A stretch of DNA of 32,000 nucleotides from an uncultured archaeon (GTDB lineage: Archaea > Asgardarchaeota > Thorarchaeia > Thorarchaeales > Thorarchaeaceae). Below, in pieces: positions 1-8,744 of the stretch (the stretch's first letter is position 1; each line of letters starts with the position of its first letter). Under the pieces are notes generated by a model. That model saw only the letters and a program-made list of their open reading frames with translations. It ran no database searches and had not been told where the DNA came from. Made by a program: the position numbers and the translations under genes. The stretch covers positions 60,001-92,000 of the forward strand of contig CAZYLT010000009.1 in the NCBI GenBank assembly GCA_964648855.1, in the 5' to 3' direction.

Positions 1-284
1 CAACACGCCTGCCAGTACTGGAACAACTAGACGAAATGAAACGCCAAGCTGGTGCCCTCATCTTCATGGAAGTCAATCCCAAGAAATGGGTCCCGTTGGG
101 TGTTTGGAGATTCCGTGAAATTGCCAGACGTGCATTTGCCAAAGGGGGCAGGCGTTTCTCAGAGCTTGAAGAGGCTCTCGATCTTATATCCTACCTCTTA
201 GAGCAACCCTTGGAACGATACCTTGAATCGAGCGAATTATATAACGAATACACTTCTCAGAGGCAATTAACTGAATTCTTTTGA
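1..284 (+). CDS. nreA: Nre family archaeal DNA repair protein, C-terminal part (5'-truncated by the window edge)
   Basis: Frame is open from the window start (TRLPVLEQLDEMKRQAGALIFMEV...PLGVWRFREIARRA), matching the Nre C-terminal motifs. It ends in a canonical PIP box, QRQLTEFF*. Confidence 0.85.
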   Translation, partial: TRLPVLEQLDEMKRQAGALIFMEVNPKKWVPLGVWRFREIARRAFAKGGRRFSELEEALDLISYLLEQPLERYLESSELYNEYTSQRQLTEFF

Positions 285-337
285 GATTCGGGTAATTTAT
301 CTAATGCTACTATGAGAGCTTTGTTGAGGAAGAAAAT

Positions 338-1867
338 GTGTCATTCGAGAGATTGTGTCGAATTGGTTCTAAGGCACCGCTCCCACATTATGTTCCAGAA
401 GATACTAAGGATGAACTTGGGAAAGCTTGCGATTTCCTCTCGCCTTCTATGAAATTGTCGCCCGAAGGTGTAATTTCAACTGCATATCTGATGGCAGTAT
501 TAAGCTTCCTGGGGATTTTTGTAATCCTCTCTCTTGTGGGAGTACTCTGGATAGTGGTGTTATTGATATCCATACTCCTCACTGTGTTGGCATTCTATGC
601 CGTTCTGTTCTATCCAATATCATTGATGAATAGATACAAGCTATTGCTCTCTGAGCAATCTGATTTGATCTTTGAGCAATTTGCCTTGGTCTACCAAGCT
701 GGGGGGACAATTTTTGACGCCATAGAGATGATTGCCCAATCTGAGCATCCGTACCTCTCGAAGGCTTTCCAAAGAATACTGGTCGAGATACAACAGGGAG
801 TTCCTCCTGAACGCGCACTAATGCATTTCGCAAACAACCAGCCATCGCAAGATATGAGGAGATATATCATCACTATTCTTTCAGCTAGTGAACGAGACGT
901 TGACTTGCTTGACATGGTATCTGGGGAGTCATATGAAGCTGACATGACCCTGAGACAGAAGAACCTTGAGCTAGAGAGTAGACTTCTAGTAACAACTGCA
1001 TTGTTGACTTACTTGCCCATGGTGGCGGTATTGGGACTATCACTGACCGGTGTCGCAGAAAATCCACTAGTGCTTCTACTCTTCCCCGTTTTTTCCATCC
1101 TTGCCTTGTTCTTGAGAAAGAGATTCTCTAATAGATATACTACCTATTTTGACACTCCGAGAGAAACTGGCTTAGGTCAGCCGTCGCAAAATGAAGTGAT
1201 AAGAGAATATGATGAGTTTCTCAACTTCTTGATTCTGCTTGGAGAGAGATTATCTCTTGGTGACACGTTGGAAGTTGCCCTCTTTGAAGTTAGAAACGAT
1301 ATTGGGAAAGAAGTTCAGCGAATATTGGACCCTGCACTTGCATGCTTGAACAGCAAGAATTGCAGTTTGGAGGAGGCATTGTCTAAATCGTCGGATAAGG
1401 CATTGGGTGCACGAGTCGCCCAGATTCTTAACCTGCTTGGGCTCATGGTTGCATCCTCGGCCAGAGATGCTGGTACTCGGATTCGAAAGATTGCCACGAG
1501 GCTGGTTGAGCGGTCCGAAGTTGCAAAAGAAAGAGATACGATAATAGCTGCCCAACGATTGAAAGTATACATACTTAGCTTGACAAGTTCCCTCGTACTG
1601 GGCTTTCTCACATCACTCGCGCCATTTCTTTCGCTTGCATCACTACTATCAAATAATCAGGGCATAGTTCTAGGAGCAAAATCAATCATTGAAATGTACC
1701 CACTAATAGCAGCCATAGGCCTGACCAACGCATTCACTGCCCATCAATCAACAAAGATGGTTGGTGGCGAGCATCCTAACCTGATTGCGTTTATATCGAC
1801 TACAATCTATCTCCTGTCGTTGGCTTTTGCAGGAGCTTTCATAGGGCTGAGCTTCAGTCTAGAATAG
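338..1867 (+). CDS. Type II secretion system F-domain membrane platform protein (TadB/TadC/PilC/ArlJ-like) with two T2SSF repeats
   Basis: Two cytoplasmic repeats (GGTIFDAIEMIA...LSKAFQRILVEIQQGVPPERAL and LGDTLEVAL...SLEEAL), each followed by TM helices. GTG start. Confidence 0.8.
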   Translation: MSFERLCRIGSKAPLPHYVPEDTKDELGKACDFLSPSMKLSPEGVISTAYLMAVLSFLGIFVILSLVGVLWIVVLLISILLTVLAFYAVLFYPISLMNRYKLLLSEQSDLIFEQFALVYQAGGTIFDAIEMIAQSEHPYLSKAFQRILVEIQQGVPPERALMHFANNQPSQDMRRYIITILSASERDVDLLDMVSGESYEADMTLRQKNLELESRLLVTTALLTYLPMVAVLGLSLTGVAENPLVLLLFPVFSILALFLRKRFSNRYTTYFDTPRETGLGQPSQNEVIREYDEFLNFLILLGERLSLGDTLEVALFEVRNDIGKEVQRILDPALACLNSKNCSLEEALSKSSDKALGARVAQILNLLGLMVASSARDAGTRIRKIATRLVERSEVAKERDTIIAAQRLKVYILSLTSSLVLGFLTSLAPFLSLASLLSNNQGIVLGAKSIIEMYPLIAAIGLTNAFTAHQSTKMVGGEHPNLIAFISTTIYLLSLAFAGAFIGLSFSLE

Positions 1868-1919
1868 TTTATAGGATACTATGTTGTCATTTGCCAATAG
1901 TAATCGCGAGGTGCATTAT

Positions 1920-2561
1920 ATGCTACAATTCGGAGTTTTTGATCTTAGCTTTGGTGAAATAATGGCATGGCTGGCAGACCCATGGGTAATTGGATGGGTC
2001 TTGGTGGCAACCGGCATCATAGGTGCTGCATGGCTTCTGGAGAACATAACCGATCCCATTCCGCTACTTGGACTGCTATTCGACTTACTCGTCAAGATTG
2101 GGACATTTGTTGGATTCTTTCTGGGCATTCTTGACATTCTGGTCGGCTATGTCGTGTATGTCACTTTTCCCGACGCAGTGATTGTTGCAGGAATCCTAAT
2201 TCTTGCTGGTTTTGCTCTAACCATGAGAGTCTTGTCAAAGTTCCCACTTGCTTTGGTATTTGCAATTGCAGTGTCTGCATTTGCTACATTTACTATCTAT
2301 GGGTTCCTTGCGCCGCTTGTGTCAGAACCAATTATTGGCGGATACATTGAGCAAATCATCTCACTCAAATGGATGGCAGTGATTGGGGTTGTCATCTTCT
2401 GTGTCGTTTATGTTATTGGTGGACTAATCATAAAGCTGATCGAACTAATCGGGAAGGTATTTTCATCCCGCCCTGTTCTCGTTTTGATCGGACTGGCTGC
2501 TCTCGCAGTTGGGATAGTGATACTGGTTCAGCCAGGTCTTGTGGGATTCCCAATAACTTAG
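1920..2561 (+). CDS. Uncharacterised multi-pass membrane protein (about 6 TM)
   Basis: Highly hydrophobic ORF. ATG at 1920 is preceded by the SD-like GAGGTG; the track start is 1881. Confidence 0.75.
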   Translation: MLQFGVFDLSFGEIMAWLADPWVIGWVLVATGIIGAAWLLENITDPIPLLGLLFDLLVKIGTFVGFFLGILDILVGYVVYVTFPDAVIVAGILILAGFALTMRVLSKFPLALVFAIAVSAFATFTIYGFLAPLVSEPIIGGYIEQIISLKWMAVIGVVIFCVVYVIGGLIIKLIELIGKVFSSRPVLVLIGLAALAVGIVILVQPGLVGFPIT

Positions 2562-2579
2562 CAGAAGGTTCTAGCTTCA

Positions 2580-2612
2580 AGAGGGGTTAATTCCCCTCTC
2601 TTCTGATTTTTT
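2580..2612. terminator. Putative terminator hairpin between convergent genes
   Basis: Perfect inverted repeat AGAGGGG-TTAATT-CCCCTCT followed by a pyrimidine/T-rich tract, 19 nt after the stop at 2561. Confidence 0.55.
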
Positions 2613-2639
2613 GCACACGAAAATTATGTTACAGAAGTC

Positions 2640-2876
2640 CTAGGCTGGACGTCGAATCTCTCGAAAGAAGAGGTATTTTATTTTCCTATCTCCATAGAAT
2701 TCCGCTGCCTCATCCATCAGTTTTTTCGCGTCTGCAATCCCATCAAACCATTCAGAAACAAAGAGTTGTTTTTCCGGCAAATCGGTCTGCACAACTGACT
2801 CGTCAAACTCCTCAGGTACGTCAAATTCAACGGGTACCAAGAGTGCCACTCTGAATACCTTGAAACCCTCTTTCAT
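2640..2876 (-). CDS. Hypothetical small protein (78 aa)
   Basis: MKEGFKVFRVALLVPVEF..., protein-like composition; fills the gap between neighbours. Confidence 0.6.
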   Translation of the reverse strand: MKEGFKVFRVALLVPVEFDVPEEFDESVVQTDLPEKQLFVSEWFDGIADAKKLMDEAAEFYGDRKIKYLFFREIRRPA

Positions 2877-3122
2877 CTCCAGCCAGAGTTCGCAATATGC
2901 CAGTTTGCACACCTAGAGCATGGGTATCGTTCTTTTGTATTAACCTTTTGATGGGGTTGGAATACTAACTTCTTCAGAGGAGGCATTTGCAGTAAAGATG
3001 CATATGCACACTTCCCAAAGGGTTCAAATAGTAGCAATGCATTTCATATACTCAATCCCCACAGAGTCAGATACAATATATGAGCACAATGTTGTCCGGT
3101 TGGGGTTGCGTGAGGAGGTCAA

Positions 3123-3671
3123 TTGATGCCTAAGAAACAGGAAGACCAAAAAAAGAAAATCATCAGTGTGACAATGAGTCAACCATTAGTGGGGAAAATA
3201 GACAAGCTGGTTGACGAAAGGGTTGGGCGCTCACGGGCTCAATTGATTGAAGATGCTGTCCGCTGGTTCTTGGATTTTTCTGTGCATGAGTGGACCGAGC
3301 GAGGAATATATCTCAAGAATGTGCGAATTCTACTTCAGTCGGAAACCGTATCATCTTTGTTTTTCTCAAAACTCACTCCTGGAGACCAATACGAACTTGG
3401 GAAGACAGCAGGTAGTCAAGCTCCTGTATCTGATATTCTCAAAATCGAGTACGGTGCCGACCCAACTGACAAGAAAAATAGAGGATTAATTTTAGAGCTC
3501 CTGGAGTCTTATGGTTGGGGCTCATTCCGAGATCAAGGTGACATGATTGTAATAGGTAGTCCTTTCTATCCTGCACCTTTCTTGCGGGGTTATTTTGAAA
3601 CTCTTCTAGAGTTAGATCTGGAGCTAGTTGAAACTAATGTGAAAGACAATGTTGCTCTGAAAATGGTATGA
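3123..3671 (+). CDS. Ribbon-helix-helix (CopG/NikR-like) regulator with a C-terminal V4R-like domain
   Basis: N-terminal IISVTMSQPLVGKIDKLV...SRAQLIEDAVRWFL is an RHH pattern. The C-terminal YELGKTAG...YGWGSF...FLRGYFETLL is typical of V4R-like folds. SD GAGGAGGT upstream. Confidence 0.75.
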   Translation: MMPKKQEDQKKKIISVTMSQPLVGKIDKLVDERVGRSRAQLIEDAVRWFLDFSVHEWTERGIYLKNVRILLQSETVSSLFFSKLTPGDQYELGKTAGSQAPVSDILKIEYGADPTDKKNRGLILELLESYGWGSFRDQGDMIVIGSPFYPAPFLRGYFETLLELDLELVETNVKDNVALKMV

Positions 3672-3674
3672 AGT

Positions 3675-4100
3675 CTACCAGTTTCCTCCAATATCCAGAA
3701 TCTCAAATTCACTGTTATAGAGGCCCGGAATATTTTCTATTGTACTCCTAATTTGCCCTTTCTTGTCTGCGATATCATCTGCGGAGAAATAGACCTCGTA
3801 GACACACCTGTTTTGTTCGAAACAAAACCCTGTTGTAAATAAAACCTTCAAATCATGTTGCTTGAAGAGCTGGGTCATGGTCTGCATAAGCGCCGGGTTA
3901 ACTTTTTCAACTTCGAGCCGCACCCGTGCACCACCCTCCTCCATCATGGGTATGAGTCTAACTTCGCCAGACCGCTCAAAATAAATTACCATGGCAGCTT
4001 TCATGTCCTGCAAGATAGGATTCTCAAAGAATTCCTGTGGCAGGGTGATCTCTCTCTTTGTTTTTACATCAGCGATTTTTCCTTTTGTAAGTCCGGCCAA
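3675..4100 (-). CDS. Hypothetical protein, possible AbrB-like N-terminus plus ACT-like C-terminus
   Basis: N-terminal IADVKTKREITLPQEF resembles an AbrB/SpoVT looped hinge. The C-terminal beta-alpha-beta-beta-alpha-beta pattern ends in IENIPGLYNSEF. TTG start with GAGG SD. Confidence 0.6.
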   Translation of the reverse strand: MAGLTKGKIADVKTKREITLPQEFFENPILQDMKAAMVIYFERSGEVRLIPMMEEGGARVRLEVEKVNPALMQTMTQLFKQHDLKVLFTTGFCFEQNRCVYEVYFSADDIADKKGQIRSTIENIPGLYNSEFEILDIGGNW

Positions 4101-4200
4101 TAGTATCGCCTCTTCCCTTCACTTCTCAAGAATGACATTTATGCTATATGTATCTATCTAGCAGCTTCCTACTTTTTTAAACTACCTGAATTATGCCCAA

Positions 4201-5106
4201 TCAATCATCAATTGCTTCTTCTTTGTCCTCGACAAATATGATGGCAAACATGATGAGGATAGCTCCAAAAACTAAGATAGGTGTCAGACTTTCATTCAAT
4301 AAGAACACGCCTAGAGCCATTGTCACTGCAGCTTGAAGAAGCAAATACAGTGCAGAGGCGGCACCTCCCATATCTTTCAATGCCTCATAGTAGAAGAGAT
4401 AGGCAAGACCAATCGAAAAAATGCCCAAGTATAAGATGGAGAAAACAGATTCTATGCTCAGCAAGACACCGTCATCCACCCCTCCGATGAGCAAAGTCAC
4501 CAGCCCGAGTATCAAGACCGTGAAACCTGCATTTGGTGCTGCTACTTCAAGCGGACCTTCTACGTCCTCCAAGGCACTATCTGCAACTACAATCCAGACA
4601 GCCCAGCATGCTCCGACACTTAACGCCAACATGTCACCAAGGATTTGCCCCTCGGTAAGAGCTGATATGTCCCCACCGGTGGAGACCATCCCAGCCCCGA
4701 CGAGACCCAAAAGCAAGGCGATCACCTTTCTTTTTGTGATTCTCTCGGTTGACATCAAATATGCAAATAATGGAACAAGAGTGCTTATTCCAAGGTTCAC
4801 CAAAAGACTAGAATTAATCGCTGTTGTCAAGGATAGCGATATGTACTGTAGCGCATATGCAAGTCCATTCAGTACTCCCAGAATGATAATCTCACGTCTA
4901 GAAAAAATATCTCTGAGCAGTTCAATTGCATTCCCTTTTCTCTTGAGTATCAGTGCGGCAAGTAAAATGATGAAACCAAAAACGTTCTCCAAAAATGCTA
5001 GCGGTATCGGTTCCACAAATGCTACTGCCCACCTTCCAACAACAAATGAAGAGCCCCATATCATTGATGCCAAAATCATCAGTAGTTTGGCCCTGGCATT
5101 TTTCAC
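4201..5106 (-). CDS. DMT/EamA family transporter
   Basis: IWGSSFVVGR, GDMLALSVGACWA, LYLGIFSIGLAYLFYY, GVFLLNE; ten TM segments in two EamA repeats. Confidence 0.92.
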   Translation of the reverse strand: MKNARAKLLMILASMIWGSSFVVGRWAVAFVEPIPLAFLENVFGFIILLAALILKRKGNAIELLRDIFSRREIIILGVLNGLAYALQYISLSLTTAINSSLLVNLGISTLVPLFAYLMSTERITKRKVIALLLGLVGAGMVSTGGDISALTEGQILGDMLALSVGACWAVWIVVADSALEDVEGPLEVAAPNAGFTVLILGLVTLLIGGVDDGVLLSIESVFSILYLGIFSIGLAYLFYYEALKDMGGAASALYLLLQAAVTMALGVFLLNESLTPILVFGAILIMFAIIFVEDKEEAIDD

Positions 5107-5267
5107 ATGATTGACCTCGTAAGATTCCAGTATCTAGGTGGCACCAAGTGCCCAAATATGAGCCTATAGGTTGAGTCATGAAGCTTTGTTCCTATCAAGT
5201 GTTATTTGGAAAGCCATAAATGATAATGCTATTAGTCTGCACAACCAAAAGTAGCAGGATGAGAAAA

Positions 5268-5390
5268 ATGGCCAAAGAAGGAGCAACTTACGTCTGTGAT
5301 ATATGTCAACAAATTGTTGTTGTAAAGAAATCTGGCGCTGGAACATTGGTGTGTTGCGGCGAGCCAATGAGAATGTACGAGGGCGACTAA
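5268..5390 (+). CDS. Desulforedoxin (stand-alone Dx/FeS4 iron-binding domain), 40 aa; not in the ORF track
   Basis: Translated by hand: MAKEGATYVCDICQQIVVVKKSGAGTLVCCGEPMRMYEGD*. It has the signature Y-x-C-x2-C ... G-x-G-x-L-x-C-C-G-x-P-M. Confidence 0.9.
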   Translation: MAKEGATYVCDICQQIVVVKKSGAGTLVCCGEPMRMYEGD

Positions 5391-5521
5391 TCCCAAATGC
5401 GCGCATAGCAGCATCATGATTGAGCTGCTGCAGTGACAATGTAGATGTCTTCACCGAACACTTGACAAGCCTTATATGGTAATGAAAACGAACCAAAATC
5501 GTCTTCCGTGGGGTATTCAAC

Positions 5522-6082
5522 TTGGCAGAGCTTCCTGAAATTGTTATCAAAACAAGAGATTTGCTGAATCTTAGAGGATATCAGGCTGACGAGCTTTTGG
5601 AGTATGAAAACCGATTTCAGATGTACCCCCGCAAGCGTCTCGGCGAGGACATCCTCAAGAAAGCAGTTTGGATCTACAAGGTGCCAAAGGTTGTTGGTAT
5701 TGCCTTGGTTCGTGATGTAGTTCGCGATATGGCAGACCATAACGCCCAGGAAGGAATGATAGTTGGTGGTGATCGCTTCACTCCGGCAGCCAAGAAACAT
5801 GCTAGGGCCACCCGAGTGGAGTTAATTGAGGGAGGTTATCCGTCATTCGAGTTATTCGGGCACCAGCTAGTGCCTAAGCATACAATCGCGAGTAAGGATG
5901 AAGTTGACTTAGTTACTGGGCACTATGGAATAGATAAATCTCAGTTTCCACGAATCAGAAGGAATGATCCCGCGGCAAGGGTACTCGGAGCCAAGGTTGG
6001 ACAGGTCATTCGGATTGAGAGACAAAGTCCCACCGCAGGCAAGACCTTCTATTACCGAATTGTTGTTGAGCCTGGTCGCTAG
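5522..6082 (+). CDS. rpo5: DNA-directed RNA polymerase subunit 5 (Rpo5/RpoH) with an extra N-terminal restriction-endonuclease-fold (RPB5 jaw-like) domain
   Basis: C-terminal HQLVPKH...QFPRIRRNDPAARVLGAKVGQVIRIERQSPTAGKTFYYRIVV is the RPB5/RpoH C-domain. An N-extension of about 105 aa contains KVVGIALVR...GMIVGGDRFTPAAK. TTG start. Confidence 0.9.
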   Translation: MAELPEIVIKTRDLLNLRGYQADELLEYENRFQMYPRKRLGEDILKKAVWIYKVPKVVGIALVRDVVRDMADHNAQEGMIVGGDRFTPAAKKHARATRVELIEGGYPSFELFGHQLVPKHTIASKDEVDLVTGHYGIDKSQFPRIRRNDPAARVLGAKVGQVIRIERQSPTAGKTFYYRIVVEPGR

Positions 6083-6853
6083 TCAAAGAACAACTATTCC
6101 CATGGCTATTCCTACAACAAACATTACAACTGTGGAGACCATTGGAAGGGTCGTATTATCCGTCCCTTTTGGACTAACCAGTTCTGTAAGTGTAGCAGCA
6201 ATTGATCCAACCAGTGCCAACACTATCATTTCAAGCCACAGAATAGATCCACCACTAATGAAGACGCCATAGTTCACAAAACCAAACCACCAGAATGCGA
6301 GAAGAGCTCCAAGAAATCCAAATACAAAAAGGGCTAGACAGCCATGAGTGCTCCGCTTTGAACCGAAGATTTCTCTTGTTGAATTAAGCCCATACTTCAT
6401 TCCGACGGGAGCTGAAATTCCATCTCCGAACATCATGATATGAATGGCAGCAGCTGCTATGAAGTAGAGTCTAGCATATCCGGTAAATGTGAATATCCCC
6501 GTCAGAACCGTAATTGACACCGCATACCAGAAGGGACCTCTGACACTACCATGGTCAAGATCCTCCGGCCTGGCCATTGCAGAAAAGAAATTGCTGAACC
6601 TATCAATACTCGACATTCCTAGCATGAGGACGAACGTCAGGGCGACAAAGGTGGCAACCCATGGGTGAGGGTAGTATGGGACAGTCCAAATTGCTGCGCC
6701 CGCAAAGAGATGTATAATCTTTCTAGTAAAGTCAGAGCTCAGGTTCAGTCTTCTTCGACCGACGTCCCCAATCGTTAGCACTAATACAGCATAGAGAACG
6801 GCTATGAAGTATACAATGATGTCGTTTGTTTCAATGACCAACTCTACCTGCAT
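6083..6853 (-). CDS. Polyprenol/dolichol/phytol/diacylglycerol kinase family (CTP-dependent) membrane protein
   Basis: Motifs TRKIIH, FGDGISAPVG, KRSTHG and ELVSPKGTDNTTLP. Confidence 0.88.
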   Translation of the reverse strand: MQVELVIETNDIIVYFIAVLYAVLVLTIGDVGRRRLNLSSDFTRKIIHLFAGAAIWTVPYYPHPWVATFVALTFVLMLGMSSIDRFSNFFSAMARPEDLDHGSVRGPFWYAVSITVLTGIFTFTGYARLYFIAAAAIHIMMFGDGISAPVGMKYGLNSTREIFGSKRSTHGCLALFVFGFLGALLAFWWFGFVNYGVFISGGSILWLEMIVLALVGSIAATLTELVSPKGTDNTTLPMVSTVVMFVVGIAMGIVVL

Positions 6854-6917
6854 TCAAGCCTCGCCTCTAGATTCTGGACTGGAGAACTGATGCATATACT
6901 TATCGGCGATTCCGGCA

Positions 6918-7748
6918 TCAGGACTCGACTCTTGTCGATTCTAGTCTAAGCTCTTTCTCCAGAGCCTCCAAAGCTCTCCGGACATTTTCTTCCGCCGTAG
7001 TTGAGTTCTGCGCTCTAGATGAGATCCAAACCCTGAGAACATTCGTTGTGCCATACTGCTTCGGCATAGACTTGACCCAAATGTTATCTATTTCATTCAT
7101 GACCTTCTGGCTATGAGGCACAAAAACCGTTTCATCCTTGATTGGAAACTCGACTATAATCATTTTATAATTCCTTGGCATTCTCTCCTTAAGCCAAGGC
7201 TCTACCGATTGTGTCCATATGGATTTCAATTCTCCTGGCACTCCTGGCAAGCATAAAATCGTTGCGGAATCCGTAGTTATCTTCACACCTGGAGCCCCAC
7301 CCACCTCATTGTTGAGTGGTTCAGAGCCTTCAGGTATTCTTGCCATCTTTCTTCTAGTTTCAGTAATATCAGGATTATCAACGACTCCCTCCTCGAACAG
7401 TTCCCGATACCTTTTCCTAACAATACGGAGTGCCTTTTTGTCCTCGTGAAGCTCTAGTTCAAGAGAGTTAGCTATCGCAAAGAGGGTCATATCATCGTGA
7501 GTTGGTCCCAGGCCTCCAGATGTTATAATCAAATTAGATTTCTCAAGTAGAAATTGTAAGCCTGCATCTATCTCGGTCACATCATCTCTAACGGTGACTT
7601 GCCGTTGTATTGGAATTCCCATTTCTGAAAGGGTTTTCTCCATCCAATTTGAATTTGTATCCAGTACTAAACCGCCCAGAATTTCGTTTCCGATAACAAG
7701 AATGCCGCCAATCAATTCATTTGGAAACCCACAATGAGAACCGGTCAT
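6918..7748 (-). CDS. CinA-like molybdopterin-binding-domain protein (probable ADP-ribose/NAD/FAD pyrophosphatase; no PncC domain)
   Basis: IGNEILGG-x3-DTNS, TSGGLGPTHDDMT, GGAPG and LPGVPGEL motifs. Confidence 0.88.
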   Translation of the reverse strand: MTGSHCGFPNELIGGILVIGNEILGGLVLDTNSNWMEKTLSEMGIPIQRQVTVRDDVTEIDAGLQFLLEKSNLIITSGGLGPTHDDMTLFAIANSLELELHEDKKALRIVRKRYRELFEEGVVDNPDITETRRKMARIPEGSEPLNNEVGGAPGVKITTDSATILCLPGVPGELKSIWTQSVEPWLKERMPRNYKMIIVEFPIKDETVFVPHSQKVMNEIDNIWVKSMPKQYGTTNVLRVWISSRAQNSTTAEENVRRALEALEKELRLESTRVES

Positions 7749-7752
7749 TTCA

Positions 7753-8406
7753 TTACTGCACCTCTAGTTCATTTTGAAGCATCTCACAAAACTGCTTTAA
7801 ATTCTCAAAACGAACTTTTGCCATTTCAATTGCTCGATGTGTCCTCATGCTATTCTTAATCTTAGCCGCGAGAGGAATAAATTCATCCATCTTCTCTTGC
7901 AATGCATTGAGGTCAATTCCTGGATTCAGTCTGATTGAGTTTATAATAAAATGGATAGTGCCTACTATGCCAAGTTTAGCTAGCTTATCAGCCTCCCACA
8001 ATAATTGTGCTTCAAGTGGGGTTAATTCACTTTCTAGAGTGAGACCCACATGCTTTGGAATAATCGTTTGAACCAATCTGATTTTTGCCTTATCTATCCC
8101 AAGACCTGCGAGAATACGCCCAGCTTGTTTTGCGCTCTTCTCCCCATGGTTTTCGACTCCCCTCAAATCTGGTTTTGCAATATCATGGAGCCAGGCCGCC
8201 ATCATTAGAAGATCTTCATCAACGGTTTGGTTCCTAGCAAGCTCTCTTATGATTTCCACGACATGCTTCGTGTGGACATATCGATAATTATAGAGTGGAA
8301 ATCTGGATGTCTTCTGATCTTTCATCCATCCTTCAATGGCAGACATCCTTGTTCTTCTTTCAATCAAAGCACGGAGGTGGTGTTCTTCTTCCAAGTTTAT
8401 CAACAT
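7753..8406 (-). CDS. HD-domain metal-dependent phosphohydrolase
   Basis: HTKHV...AAWLHDIAK...HGEKSA...H...EADKL motifs. Confidence 0.9.
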   Translation of the reverse strand: MLINLEEEHHLRALIERRTRMSAIEGWMKDQKTSRFPLYNYRYVHTKHVVEIIRELARNQTVDEDLLMMAAWLHDIAKPDLRGVENHGEKSAKQAGRILAGLGIDKAKIRLVQTIIPKHVGLTLESELTPLEAQLLWEADKLAKLGIVGTIHFIINSIRLNPGIDLNALQEKMDEFIPLAAKIKNSMRTHRAIEMAKVRFENLKQFCEMLQNELEVQ

Positions 8407-8744
8407 CTGTTTTTCAATTTTGATAATGCCGGTCCGAGTGTTTTTAGTATTCGTTATCTTCGTTAACAGTTTAGTCCTAATACGTACCCGATACCAAACA
8501 CAAGCAATTTCCGTATTATTCTGATCCGTTCGTGGAGGTGATTTCTAAACTAGGTGACCAAATCGTTCATTTATTGAAACAGGTCCATTATCCTTCCAAG
8601 GTCGCCTCGAAGATGAGATTCCGCTTAGCTTGTTGATTCTTAGAGCAATTGCTAAATATATGCTCTTCTTACGTAGGAAAGAATGGCTCATATAAGAGGT
8701 AAAAGACTCTGACAAAAAGCATCAAAGATCTATACAACAAGCTA

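Noticed and set aside
4421-5110. 229-aa plus-strand ORF
   Set aside because: Antisense shadow of the EamA transporter; S/T/P/K-rich composition typical of reverse-read membrane genes.
5176-5800. Minus-strand ORFs 5176-5550, 5232-5417 and 5414-5800
   Set aside because: They overlap the desulforedoxin and rpo5 genes on the plus strand, which carry clear motifs.
8407-8744. Strong SD-like GGAGGTGA at 8534-8541 in a long spacer, suggesting a hidden small gene or RNA
   Set aside because: The following GTG frame closes after 7 codons, and I see no tRNA or other recognisable RNA structure.
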